This document shows positions 18,072-28,089 of a stretch of 52,448 bases of DNA, one piece after another. Source of the DNA: a virus (taxonomy: Duplodnaviria > Caudoviricetes); IMG/VR virus record IMGVR_UViG_3300038393_000730, positions 1 to 52,448 of that record; one strand, 5' to 3'. Position 1 is the first letter of the stretch. Every line of letters starts with the position of its first letter. Below the pieces are notes generated by a model that ran no database searches, had not been told where the DNA came from, and saw only the letters and a program-made list of their open reading frames with translations. The position numbers were made by a program, and so were the translations under genes.

Positions 18072-18263
18072 ATGCGTACCGCCTTCTACTGCAGTGCGTT
18101 CCTTGGCTTTTTCGTCTACCTTGTCGCCACCACCCACCTGTCGCTGCTGAACCTGATCGGCTGCCTGATGGCTGCAACCGCCCGCACCGTGCTCCTTGGC
18201 GTGGTGCTCACGCCGCTGGAATTGCTGGTGCAGGCAGTGCGGAACCGGATCAACGGTTCTTGA
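18072..18263 (+). CDS. Small membrane protein
   Basis: GGAG SD; two hydrophobic stretches. Confidence 0.5.
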   Translation: MRTAFYCSAFLGFFVYLVATTHLSLLNLIGCLMAATARTVLLGVVLTPLELLVQAVRNRINGS

Positions 18264-21200
18264 TGCGGTCCAGCCGCGCCTGCTCCTGGTCATCGGCGTG
18301 GCGCGCGAACTTCTGCACGGCCGCGCGGCTGATGCGGTCGGGCTGCTCGATGGCGCGCAGGGTGCGGCGGGCTTCCTGCACGCTCTGGCCGGCATCGACG
18401 AGCTTCTGTTCGGCCTCGTCGAACTGCTCGCGCCGTACCAGTTCGCGCACGTCCGGCAGGACATCACGGATCGCAGCTTCATGCTCGCGGCTGGCATAGC
18501 GCATTTCCGCCACTGCGTCACCGCCCGACAGCTTCGACACCGACAGCCCAGTTGCCGTACCCAGCAGTTTCGCTTCGTCCATGTTGAGGTCGCGGCCCAG
18601 CAGATGCACCTTGCCGCCCTGGTCCTTGTCGCCCGCCATCACATGCTTGAGTGCCACCATGTCATCGAACGGCACCTGTGACTTGAGGATATGCCCGGCA
18701 ATGGCCCCGACCTGCTGCATGGCGCCATCGGTTTCGAGGAACACGCGGCGCCCCTGGAAGTCCTGGTTCTCCATCACTTCGGCAACGGCCCGTGCCATGG
18801 GGCTCATCTTGTTGTGCAGCAGGTGAAGGCCCGTTCCAATGCCGAGGTACTGCTTCATTTCCTCGACCACCTTGCCGGTCGGCAGGCGCAGGTAGTAGGT
18901 ATTGCCCTGCTCGTCCTCCCCGATGCGTACCCGGTCTTCCTTGCCGTGCGGGTTGTCGTCGGTTTGCGAGAGCGCCTGCAGGTTGGCGAACGGGTGGCGC
19001 AGGAAGGCGGCTGGCAGGCCCAGCTTGCCCCACTGCGGCCCGAGGAATGCCATCGGGTTGTCAGCGTCCAGCTTCACGCCCAGCCGCGCAGTGCGCTCCT
19101 TGAGGTCTTCCCACCACTGCTGGCCGCTCTGCCCGGCAAACCACGCCTGTGTGAGCGAAGTCAGGGCGGCCATCGCGGCAAAGTCCACGAGCAGGATCGC
19201 CCCGGCCTTTTTGAGCGTGACCGACTGCGCCTGATCCAGTACCTTGCCTGCGGCATCCGTCGCCTCGATGCCGGTCTTGCCAAGTGCCCGCTGCGCCTCG
19301 ATGGTGCGCAGCCTGATCTGTGCCTGCACGTCCTTGGGCAAGCCCATGAACGGGTCTTTCATCGCCCCGAGGTTGGTCATCGTGAACGACTTGGAGAACA
19401 GGGTGACGTTCATCAGCGCATGGGCCGCTTCGCTGATCGCCTCGTGCGGGACGGCGCCGGCATAGCGGTTTGCAAAAAACGTGGCGATCCGCGTTGCCGT
19501 ATCCTGGTCCAGTCCCTTGTCGATGAAGTGGTTGCGCATCTGCACCGCCATCCCGGCCTGCATGTCCGCGATACGGTCCCACAGCAGGGTTTCGTGCCAG
19601 AAGTGGCCCACGGCATCAATCGTGCGGCGCGCGGCATCCCCGGCCTTGACGTGTGCAAGGTCGAACACGGCGCCGAGCGCCTTGGCCATGATGCTGCGCC
19701 CCGGCTGGATGCCGTTGGCGATCGCCGGCAGGTCCGGGTTCATGCCGCGCCCGCCCATCGGCACCAGCCCCTTGTCCACCAGTTCGCCCATCAGCGCGTG
19801 GTCCTGGCGCACCTTGTGCCCGAGGAAGTAGCTGTACAGCCCGCCCGTGGCGATGTTCTTGAGGTTGCCCTTCCAGCCCATTGCCGTGACCATCGACGGC
19901 AGCGCCTTGCCCCAGATGACCATGTTGTGGGTCAGCGGGGAGACCATGATGAGGCTCATCGAGAGCCCCTTCATTTCCATGTAGCCGCGGTAGACCGCAT
20001 TCGGCTCGGTCGTGAACACCGATTTGAGCGGCCCGATGAAATCCTTGTGGACGAACAGCGGGCGCGCTTCCAGCACGGGCTTGCCCTCGGCATCAACTAC
20101 CGGGCGTAGTTGCTCGGCCACGCTGTCCCTGACGCGGTAGCTGGCCAGCTTCTCGCCATCCTTGGCATAGACGCCATCGGGCTTCACGGTGTAGCCGCGC
20201 ACCGCGAGTTTGACTTCATCGGCCGGTTGCCAGTCCATCTTGGGCATCCAGCGCTTCATGGCCGGATGGTCGAAGGTGGCGTAGTTCCTGTCGCCCGTGT
20301 CCGAATCGCGCACCAGATCCTGCCCCGACACCTGCCCGTGGGCCTTGATCTGGTTGATGAGCGTACGCCCGGCAATCGCCTTTTCCAGTTGCGCCATCGC
20401 CATCGGCATGACGCGGATGTTCTTGACGTATCCGGCGTCCTCGCCGTGCTTGGCCTTGAGTGCTGCTTCCGATTCGGCCGTGGTGTCGTACTTGCGTTCC
20501 TTGGTCGAACTGGCCGAAGTGCGCAGGTTACGCGCTTCCTTGGAGAATTCGGCAGGGCCGGAATCGAGCCGGTCGGCCACGCCATCGGCATAGATGCGCG
20601 CAGCCACGCGAGGCGTCCAGAACGCCACGCCATCGCCAGACACCAGCCCCGCATCCTTGGCCTTGGCCCACAGTTCCTCGCCGTAAGCGTGCAGCAGTTC
20701 GACGGTGGCGCGCTGGTTCGGCGTCAGCGAGGCGAGGCCCAGCGTATCCGAAGTCTTGCCTTCGCGGCGCAGGTCGTTTTCCTCGTCGGCCGCGCGCCAC
20801 ATTTTCTCAAGCTGCTCGTCGGTGTAGTGCTTGGCCAGCACCTTGTCGAATGCGGCCCACTGCAACTGCGCCTTGCGCATGCTGTTGGCGAAGTCCTTGG
20901 CGAATGCCTGGCCGTGCTCGCTGCCGGCGCTCATCGGCATCACCAGCATCTTCGTGTGGAACGCTGCCGAGGCCAGCGCGCCTTTCGGGATCTGCACCAT
21001 GCGCGAGAGGCGGTCTTTCAGCTCGTCGGCGCGCTGCTGGGAGAAGCGGATGTCATTGGTGTAGGGCGAGAAGTCGCCATTGTTATCAGCCGCTGATTTT
21101 ATTTGGGCAGGATCGAATACCGCTATTTCATTGAGTTCGCCATTGTTTTCGATGAAAAGCGCGTCGCGGCGAATTGATGGGTTGTCGCCTCGTGCCTTTT

Positions 21201-24200
21201 TCGAAACTCCATCGAAAATGACTGGGTGTTCCGCCTTGATATATACGGCGTACTTGTGCGGCCCGTAACCCTCGTACATTTCCGCATGCGGAGTAAAGAA
21301 CGTGCCATTCCGGAAGGACATATACCCAACAGGTTCATTTTGCTGTTGCGCCGCACGCCACTTTTCAACCTGCGCTTTTATTTCATCCAGTGACATATCG
21401 CCGTTGAGTAGCGAACGGCCAAACGGCAGGAACTCCTGAATCCCTTGCGTGTGGGTGTTGTGATAAACGACTAGCGGTTTGCCCTGCTCGTCCACCACCT
21501 TGCTATCGCCAAACCAGCGCCAGAAGTTGCGCACTCCTTCTTCGGTTGCAGCAAGCGGCCTACCGCTGCTGTTGACGACTGGGCGCTCGATGCCATCCAC
21601 CTCGACCGTTTTACGCTCATCCGACAGTCGCAGTTCTGCCCTGCGCTCCTCGATCAGGTAAGGGTAATTGCGCTCGACTTCTTCACGCGGCACGATGTGC
21701 GTGTCTTCCGCATAGGCGTGCTCGGACCTGGCGCGGCGCAGGGCCGTTTCCGCATCCGGTGCTGCTACCTTTTCCACCATGCTATGACCAGTGGGGAGGG
21801 TGACGCGGACGAAGTGTGAGTTATCGCGTTCGTCGGAGAGCTTGGCATTCTGCGGGTCGTAACCCCATTCCAGAATCGAATCGCCGTTGGTGTAGATATC
21901 CTTGGCCTTGACCATCTTCGAGATGATCTTGTAGTCGCCATCGAAGCGCGACTCACCGTGCTCCTGCGCATAGCCACGGCTGATCGTTACCCAGTCGCCC
22001 GGTCGAATGTCGGCGTTGATATCCTTCGGCACCGCACGGAAAATCATCACATCATAGTCAGGATTGCCCTTGGCCATGTTGGCGATGCGGAATGCCTGCT
22101 TGTCGAGCGCATCATAACCTGTGCCGTAGTAGCGCGACCCGTTGCTGCTGTACACGTCATCAGGATAAATCTGTCCGTCGCCGGTCAGGTCGTGAAGCGG
22201 TGCGCCGCTGTCGGCCATCGGTGGGCGGTGCTCGTCCTGCCAGTCTTCGCGTTCGCCTGATTGCAACTCCGGCGCATGCGATTCTTCCTTTACATCAAAC
22301 GGGGCCTTGATCTTGCCCCGTCCTTCCATGTAATGCCCGATGGCTTCCGCTGCCGCCGCCCTGATCTTGTCGAGGTCGGCCACGAACTCATCGGTTGCAA
22401 AGCGCTTGCCAGAAACAAGCGAAGCGATGCGGTCGATGAAGTCGCGCAGGTAGGCCATCACCTTGCCTGCCGTGCCCTTGTCCTTGATGTTGCCCAGCAG
22501 GTCGCGCAGGAAATCGGGCTCGGCAAAACGGTTGCCGAACAGGTCTGCCGCGATTTCTTCCCAGTGCCCCGCTTCGTCAAGGTGCGGCTGGTTGATGTAC
22601 TGCTGCAATGCCTTGAACTGCTCGGACGGCACCAACGGTTTCACGGCATCAATGAACGCGCCACGCAGCTCGTCGGGCATCTGGTGGAAGAATTCATGGC
22701 CTGCCACAACATGCCATGCCGCGTCACCGTGGCCCACGTTCACGAACAGCAAGTCAGGATGCTTGGGCGAGGCAAAGCCGTCCAGGCGCTTCTTGTTGCC
22801 GTCCTGCCGGAAGAACACGACTTCCTTGCCCAGCGCGCGGCCCAGCCCTTGCACGAGTGCGGCATCTTCCGGCGCAATGGTTTTGCCATCGCGGCCCAGC
22901 GTGGACGGATCAACGACTGCCAGCTTGCCATGAACGGGATTCGGTTTCATGCCGTTGATGATAGCAGTGGCGGTGGCAACCTGTTCGGGCAGGGATTTCG
23001 CCTGAACGGTGTAGACCGGGCTGCCATCATCCGTCATCCAGCGCGGCGTGACGACTTCGGGCGGTTCGGCCAGCCGTGCGCTCGGGTTCTTCTCAACGGT
23101 GTAGTCGCGCTTGGCCAGCGAGTCGTAAATGCGTGCGGCATCGGTCGTCACGGAATCGTCCGACGTGAAGCGCAGGCCGCGCCGGGCTGCTTCGCTAATT
23201 GCGCCCTCGTACATCGCGCGCATCTTGCCGCTGCTGCTCTGGCCGAACTTCAGCCCGTTGTCGGCATAGGTCGGGAACAGTCGCCCGTCCTTGATGCCCA
23301 GTTCCAGCATGCCACGCCCACCTTCGCCGCTGTCGAACTCAGCGGTAATGCCCGGCATCTTCTTGCCGTTGGAGTCTTCCACGGTCGTGTCGCGGAACGC
23401 CGGCCTGTCCGCAGTCGGCAACGGCTGAGTCTCGCCCTCCCGCGCGTGCGCGGGCATGGTATCAAGGCTGGAGGGTTGCCCCGTCAGTGCCTGCTCGCCG
23501 TTGGCGGCGCCGTCTGCAACAGGAACATGACTTCCAGCATCGGGCGCAGCGAGTCCGGTATCAGCGCGTTCGCCGCCATCAACTGCTCCAGGCACCCCAG
23601 TTGCTCGCTCCACTGCGGGCACGAGTTCACCAGCATTGCCATTGCTTCGTCCCACTCCATCATCGACTGGTAGTGCAGGGGCAGGCAGTCGGGCGTCATT
23701 GGTGCTCTCCGGCTCGGGTTGGGCGACAGGTGCGGTATCGGCCACCTCGGCAGGCTTGGCCTCGGGCGGGCGGATCGCTTTGAGGATGGCGGCCACATCG
23801 GCATCATTGCCCTTGGCGATGGCATCGGTATTGATCGACGGCACGGCAGCGGTGGCCGCGGCAATGGCCTGATCCACGTCCTGCGCCTTCGCAATATCGG
23901 CCACGGTGGCGCGCGGGGTCATCGCTTCGCCCACCGCATGGGGAACGCGCAGCACGCCAAAGCCCAGCGCCTGCGCCGCCATGTCCTTCGGGTCAATCCA
24001 TGCGTTGTTGTTCTGCTGGCCCGCGATCAGGTCGGTGGCCTTGTCGGATACCGTGTTCAGGGCCGAAAAGCCCACGCCTTCGCCCGCCGCGGCGCCAAGC
24101 TGTCCAGCCGCACCAAGCAATCCGCCTTCGCCTGCCGCCTTGCCGATCACGCCGCCAATGCCACGCGCGGCAATCGATGGGGCCAGCAGGTTGATGCCCG

Positions 24201-24999
24201 CCGCTTCCGCCGCATGGGCCAGCGCCAGGTTCTCGCTTTGGCCTTGCGCGATCTTGGCCTTGTAGGTGTCGCGGAACGCTGGAATCGCAAACAGGCCCGT
24301 GTTCGCCGCCAGTTGCGGCACCAGTTCGCTGGGCACTGCCAAAGCGGGGGCAATGCCACCCACGAGCGAGGATGCGCGGCCCACGATGGTGTCGCCGCCG
24401 AGTTCGTCGTGCTCGCGTTCCTCGATTGCACGCCGCGCCGCGTCCAGCCCGGCTGCCGTATCATCAGCACCGACGAGGGAACTCAGTGCCGCGCCCGCCC
24501 CGGCAAGCCCACCCATCAGCCCACCCGTCACGTTGCCTCCGATTTCCTGCGCCAGTGTCGGGGCCGGTTTCGGGGTGGCGATCCGGTCAGGTTGCTGGCG
24601 CGCAGGCAGTTGCGGCACCACGCCGTTTGCCGGGCCTTGCAGCCTCTCGTTCAGGCGCACATCGAACATCGCCTCGGGCGAAGCCAGTTGCTTGAACTTG
24701 TCCTGCACCGCATTGCCGCGCGCCTCGGTCCGGGCTGCCTGCGCCTTGTCGTACTGGGACAGGGCCACGTCCAGCGCAGACTGGTCCGCATCCGGGTTAT
24801 TGGCCAGGAACTGCTTGGCATAGTCGGCGCGCGGCATGGTGGTCGCGAAATTGCCGCCCGTCCCGGCAAGCCCGACTTGCTGGAGGAACTGGTCGCGCGG
24901 CACGTCCGCATAGAACTTGGCGTGCAGGGCATCGGCCAGTTCCAGGTCCGGCACGTCCTTGTAGTCGGGATTGTTCTGCTTGAACTCGGCAATGTCCAT
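18250..24999 (-). CDS. Giant internal-virion/ejection protein with polyvalent-protein domains
   Basis: 2249 aa, last late gene; GNAT-like, HEFFH metallopeptidase, PGDWVT ART-like and NFWRWFGDSKVVD...PLVVYH ART-PolyVal-like segments. Confidence 0.85.
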   Translation of the reverse strand: MDIAEFKQNNPDYKDVPDLELADALHAKFYADVPRDQFLQQVGLAGTGGNFATTMPRADYAKQFLANNPDADQSALDVALSQYDKAQAARTEARGNAVQDKFKQLASPEAMFDVRLNERLQGPANGVVPQLPARQQPDRIATPKPAPTLAQEIGGNVTGGLMGGLAGAGAALSSLVGADDTAAGLDAARRAIEEREHDELGGDTIVGRASSLVGGIAPALAVPSELVPQLAANTGLFAIPAFRDTYKAKIAQGQSENLALAHAAEAAGINLLAPSIAARGIGGVIGKAAGEGGLLGAAGQLGAAAGEGVGFSALNTVSDKATDLIAGQQNNNAWIDPKDMAAQALGFGVLRVPHAVGEAMTPRATVADIAKAQDVDQAIAAATAAVPSINTDAIAKGNDADVAAILKAIRPPEAKPAEVADTAPVAQPEPESTNDARLPAPALPVDDGVGRSNGNAGELVPAVERATGVPGAVDGGERADTGLAAPDAGSHVPVADGAANGEQALTGQPSSLDTMPAHAREGETQPLPTADRPAFRDTTVEDSNGKKMPGITAEFDSGEGGRGMLELGIKDGRLFPTYADNGLKFGQSSSGKMRAMYEGAISEAARRGLRFTSDDSVTTDAARIYDSLAKRDYTVEKNPSARLAEPPEVVTPRWMTDDGSPVYTVQAKSLPEQVATATAIINGMKPNPVHGKLAVVDPSTLGRDGKTIAPEDAALVQGLGRALGKEVVFFRQDGNKKRLDGFASPKHPDLLFVNVGHGDAAWHVVAGHEFFHQMPDELRGAFIDAVKPLVPSEQFKALQQYINQPHLDEAGHWEEIAADLFGNRFAEPDFLRDLLGNIKDKGTAGKVMAYLRDFIDRIASLVSGKRFATDEFVADLDKIRAAAAEAIGHYMEGRGKIKAPFDVKEESHAPELQSGEREDWQDEHRPPMADSGAPLHDLTGDGQIYPDDVYSSNGSRYYGTGYDALDKQAFRIANMAKGNPDYDVMIFRAVPKDINADIRPGDWVTISRGYAQEHGESRFDGDYKIISKMVKAKDIYTNGDSILEWGYDPQNAKLSDERDNSHFVRVTLPTGHSMVEKVAAPDAETALRRARSEHAYAEDTHIVPREEVERNYPYLIEERRAELRLSDERKTVEVDGIERPVVNSSGRPLAATEEGVRNFWRWFGDSKVVDEQGKPLVVYHNTHTQGIQEFLPFGRSLLNGDMSLDEIKAQVEKWRAAQQQNEPVGYMSFRNGTFFTPHAEMYEGYGPHKYAVYIKAEHPVIFDGVSKKARGDNPSIRRDALFIENNGELNEIAVFDPAQIKSAADNNGDFSPYTNDIRFSQQRADELKDRLSRMVQIPKGALASAAFHTKMLVMPMSAGSEHGQAFAKDFANSMRKAQLQWAAFDKVLAKHYTDEQLEKMWRAADEENDLRREGKTSDTLGLASLTPNQRATVELLHAYGEELWAKAKDAGLVSGDGVAFWTPRVAARIYADGVADRLDSGPAEFSKEARNLRTSASSTKERKYDTTAESEAALKAKHGEDAGYVKNIRVMPMAMAQLEKAIAGRTLINQIKAHGQVSGQDLVRDSDTGDRNYATFDHPAMKRWMPKMDWQPADEVKLAVRGYTVKPDGVYAKDGEKLASYRVRDSVAEQLRPVVDAEGKPVLEARPLFVHKDFIGPLKSVFTTEPNAVYRGYMEMKGLSMSLIMVSPLTHNMVIWGKALPSMVTAMGWKGNLKNIATGGLYSYFLGHKVRQDHALMGELVDKGLVPMGGRGMNPDLPAIANGIQPGRSIMAKALGAVFDLAHVKAGDAARRTIDAVGHFWHETLLWDRIADMQAGMAVQMRNHFIDKGLDQDTATRIATFFANRYAGAVPHEAISEAAHALMNVTLFSKSFTMTNLGAMKDPFMGLPKDVQAQIRLRTIEAQRALGKTGIEATDAAGKVLDQAQSVTLKKAGAILLVDFAAMAALTSLTQAWFAGQSGQQWWEDLKERTARLGVKLDADNPMAFLGPQWGKLGLPAAFLRHPFANLQALSQTDDNPHGKEDRVRIGEDEQGNTYYLRLPTGKVVEEMKQYLGIGTGLHLLHNKMSPMARAVAEVMENQDFQGRRVFLETDGAMQQVGAIAGHILKSQVPFDDMVALKHVMAGDKDQGGKVHLLGRDLNMDEAKLLGTATGLSVSKLSGGDAVAEMRYASREHEAAIRDVLPDVRELVRREQFDEAEQKLVDAGQSVQEARRTLRAIEQPDRISRAAVQKFARHADDQEQARLDRIKNR

Positions 25000-25008
25000 C
25001 CGGCTTCC

Positions 25009-25968
25009 TTATTTTTTGAACAGGCCCAGCGGGTCGTTGCGCGGTGCGCCCGGTACAGTCGATGCCGGGGTTGAGACCGGCGTATCGGCGCCGCGCCCGA
25101 AGCGTTTCTCGGCTGCCTGGATCTGGCCGGTGGCAATCTCCATCGCCTTCGACGCCTGCGTGGTGCCGGGCGGGTCGTCCTTCGTGACCTTGACCGCATT
25201 GCTGTTGATGAGCGAGGAAGCCAGTTGCGTTGCCATCGCCACCGGGTCTTTCGTGGCTCCCGCCCCCGTCCCCATCACGCGGTCGGTCGCGGTCTTCTTG
25301 TCCATGCCGTTCTTGACCAGGTACTCGATCATCTTGGCGTCGGACGGCATCTTGCCATCTCCGCCTGCGGACTCGGCGCGGATCTGGGCAATGGCCAGCA
25401 TCACGTCGCTGCGGTCCTTGGCCGCCTCGAGCTTGGCTTCCACCGAGCGCATGTAGCCTTCCTGGCGAAGCTGCGTGATTTCCTTCTGGTTCAGCAGGGT
25501 TGCAGCCTTGGCCGGGTCGATGTCGCCGGTCGCGATCGCAGCCTTCGTCGCCACGTCCGGGTCGTTCGCCAGCCGGTCGGCATCAAGCCCCTTGGCCTGT
25601 GCGATGGCGGCTTTCTGGTCGTCGGTCAGCGGGGCATCGGTGTTGCCTGCGTCCGCGTCCGCCACCGCCGCATCGCTCTGGCCGTACTTCGCCGCCAGCG
25701 CCTGGTTGATGATGCCACCCTTGGCCGCGTTGATGCGGTCCACCATTGCCTGCCGGGTCTGGTTGCCCATGTCCAAGGCGGTCTGGTTCTTGAACTGCTC
25801 GAGCGCCTCGGCCTTTTGCAGATCGAGGTCGCTGCGCAGCCGGTCCAGCGCCGCCGCATTGGAGAACTGCTGGTCCTGCATGGCCGAGGCGTTCAGGTTC
25901 TGCCCCACCTGCTGCGCGCCAACGCCCAGCCCGCCAACGGCACCTGCGATAATTCCACCGAGACTCAT
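25009..25968 (-). CDS. Internal virion/ejection protein
   Basis: Gly-rich N-terminus, helical Ala/Gln-rich body; position among ejection genes. Confidence 0.7.
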   Translation of the reverse strand: MSLGGIIAGAVGGLGVGAQQVGQNLNASAMQDQQFSNAAALDRLRSDLDLQKAEALEQFKNQTALDMGNQTRQAMVDRINAAKGGIINQALAAKYGQSDAAVADADAGNTDAPLTDDQKAAIAQAKGLDADRLANDPDVATKAAIATGDIDPAKAATLLNQKEITQLRQEGYMRSVEAKLEAAKDRSDVMLAIAQIRAESAGGDGKMPSDAKMIEYLVKNGMDKKTATDRVMGTGAGATKDPVAMATQLASSLINSNAVKVTKDDPPGTTQASKAMEIATGQIQAAEKRFGRGADTPVSTPASTVPGAPRNDPLGLFKK

Positions 25969-26510
25969 GCTGCCCCCTGTGCCGAGTTGATGATGCCGCC
26001 AGCCGCAGGCGCTTGCGCGCCGCCCCCCGCGTCGGCAGACGCGGGCATGGTGCCGTCAGGAGCACCGTGCGCCGCCATCCCCGCATGCATGTACTGGTCG
26101 ATCTGCGCCTTCTTGAACCCGAAGATTTGCAAGAGGTAGGCCATCATGTCCTTGGTGGCTTCGGCAATCAGGTCGTCGCCCACCTGCACGAGCCCGGCTT
26201 TTTCCATGAAGTCCAGCGCCTCGCACAGCAGGACTTGGGCCGCAGGGATCGCCGCCTTCATCGGCATCGTGCCCTTCGATTCCTTGAACAAGAGGCCCAT
26301 GAGCTTTGCCACGCCCTGCCCGGCGAGGTCGGCCGGCGCGCCTTTCTGCGACAACTGGCTTTGCAGCAGGTGGCGCGTCTCCGGTGCGTACATCACTTTC
26401 TCGCCGGCCGCGACGATGCGCTGGAAGGCCGAATCCAGTTCGGGCGGGACTTTGGCCTGTACCGCTTGTTCGACCGCTTGCAGTTGGGGATTGGTGGTTT
26501 TGCCGAGCAT
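25965..26510 (-). CDS. Hypothetical virion-associated protein
   Basis: TAAGGAG SD; coupled; within the ejection cluster. Confidence 0.7.
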   Translation of the reverse strand: MLGKTTNPQLQAVEQAVQAKVPPELDSAFQRIVAAGEKVMYAPETRHLLQSQLSQKGAPADLAGQGVAKLMGLLFKESKGTMPMKAAIPAAQVLLCEALDFMEKAGLVQVGDDLIAEATKDMMAYLLQIFGFKKAQIDQYMHAGMAAHGAPDGTMPASADAGGGAQAPAAGGIINSAQGAA

Positions 26511-26522
26511 GCCGGGTTCTCC

Positions 26523-26684
26523 TTATTTGTTGACCAGCGTGGCGCACTGGAAGCCGCCCAACGTGCGCACCAACTCACCGCCGCGCGTGTGGCACTCGTC
26601 CTGCACATGCAGCTCGAAATACACGATACCGGCCATCATGGCGAAAAAGGCGGCATAGATCGTTGCCATCAATACCTTGCGCAT
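26523..26684 (-). CDS. Small membrane protein
   Basis: GGAGG SD; N-terminal TM followed by C..RGG...C. Confidence 0.55.
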   Translation of the reverse strand: MRKVLMATIYAAFFAMMAGIVYFELHVQDECHTRGGELVRTLGGFQCATLVNK

Positions 26685-26685
26685 G

Positions 26686-27630
26686 TCAGCCTCCGCGTGC
26701 GCCGGCAATGATGCCGCCGTAGGTTTTCTGGGGGTTGTTGAACACGTTCACGTTCGGGTTCACCGTGAAGTTCAACTTCGGCTGGGCATTGGCATTGGCT
26801 GCCTGCTGCTTGGCCAAGTTCAGGTAATCCTGCTGGGTCTGGTAATTGCGGTCTGCCGCATAGCCGGAAGCCACGCCTTGCGCCAGCCCGCCGCCAAGGT
26901 TGAGCATGGCGGACGCCAGCGTCTTGTTGTTGTTGACCCAGTTGCCCACCTTGTCCAGTGTGCTGCCCGAGAAGAAGTCGGACGAACCGGTAAAGTCGGC
27001 CGGGTTGGTCGAGTTGACGGCATTGCTGATGGCGCCATCCACGCCGGAGCCGGCCGGGCTCCACGGTGCAGAAGGAGCATTCGGGGCGAATGGGCCAGTC
27101 GGGGCTGCAGCACCCGCAGGAGCGCCCACGCCACCAGCCGCAGTCGTTGCATCCACCGTGGCTGCGGCAGGATTGGCCGCGCTGCCGATGATGCCGGTCG
27201 AGGGTGCGCCAGCGAGCGAGGCATCCACAGGCGGCAGGCTGGAGGCGCCACCGGCCAGGCTGGCATCGCCCACGCTGCCGGTGATGGTGCCTGCATTGGC
27301 CGCGCTCGAGGCGGCGGCATCGCCTGCGACATTGGCCGCTGCGCTACTGCCGGCCGCTTCGCCGCCCACGACCGAGCTGCCCGCGCTGGCGGTCCCGGCG
27401 TCGGCCGCGGCCGTGCCTGCCGCCGTACTGGCCGCCTCACCGAGCCCCAGCACCCCGGCTCCCGCGGCACCGAGCGCCATGCCGGCGCCGATCCGGGTCA
27501 GTTCCTTGGACTTGGTGACGACACCCACCACGGAGGTGACGGCTGCCGCGATGGCCAGCGTTTCCACCGCCACTACGCCGGTTGCGACGGCTCCTGCTCC
27601 TGCTACTGCCGCGATTGCGGTTATGGCCAT
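26686..27630 (-). CDS. Ala/Gly-rich DNA-transfer (pilot-like) protein
   Basis: TAAGGAGG SD; hydrophobic Ala/Gly N-terminus. Confidence 0.7.
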   Translation of the reverse strand: MAITAIAAVAGAGAVATGVVAVETLAIAAAVTSVVGVVTKSKELTRIGAGMALGAAGAGVLGLGEAASTAAGTAAADAGTASAGSSVVGGEAAGSSAAANVAGDAAASSAANAGTITGSVGDASLAGGASSLPPVDASLAGAPSTGIIGSAANPAAATVDATTAAGGVGAPAGAAAPTGPFAPNAPSAPWSPAGSGVDGAISNAVNSTNPADFTGSSDFFSGSTLDKVGNWVNNNKTLASAMLNLGGGLAQGVASGYAADRNYQTQQDYLNLAKQQAANANAQPKLNFTVNPNVNVFNNPQKTYGGIIAGARGG

Positions 27631-27639
27631 GTTGCCTCC

Positions 27640-28089
27640 TTATAGCATCTTGCCGACGATTTTTTCCTCGTCGGCGTAGCCCATCCGGTGCAGGATTGCA
27701 GACCAGTCGAGCGAATGTTTTACGTGGTACGTGAGCTTATCCGTGCCCAGCTCGCGCAATGCCTGCTCGCAGAACTTGAGCAGCTTGATTCCGGTGGTGC
27801 CGCGGCGCTTGTCGGCGCGCAGGAACAGCACGTCGTTGATCGCCATCTTCGTTCCTGCGTAGTGCAAGTGGCACACGAGGAAGAACGCGGCATAGCCCAC
27901 CAGTTCCCCGTCCTCGCGCGCCGTGAACAGGGCGAAGCGCCCGAGGTCTTCCAGTGCCTTGTACTCGCCCCACATCGGGTCCAGCGTGATGCGGTCCTTG
28001 TGCAAGGTCAGTTCCTCGTAGTGCTGGCGCAGCAGCGGTTCGATGTCGGCCACCACGTCGAACAGGGTTTCGCGGGCGAAGTCAATCAC
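27640..28089 (-). CDS. GNAT-family acetyltransferase
   Basis: ELVGYAAF, NDVLFLRADKRRGTTGIKLL, ILHRMGY. Confidence 0.8.
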   Translation of the reverse strand: MIDFARETLFDVVADIEPLLRQHYEELTLHKDRITLDPMWGEYKALEDLGRFALFTAREDGELVGYAAFFLVCHLHYAGTKMAINDVLFLRADKRRGTTGIKLLKFCEQALRELGTDKLTYHVKHSLDWSAILHRMGYADEEKIVGKML

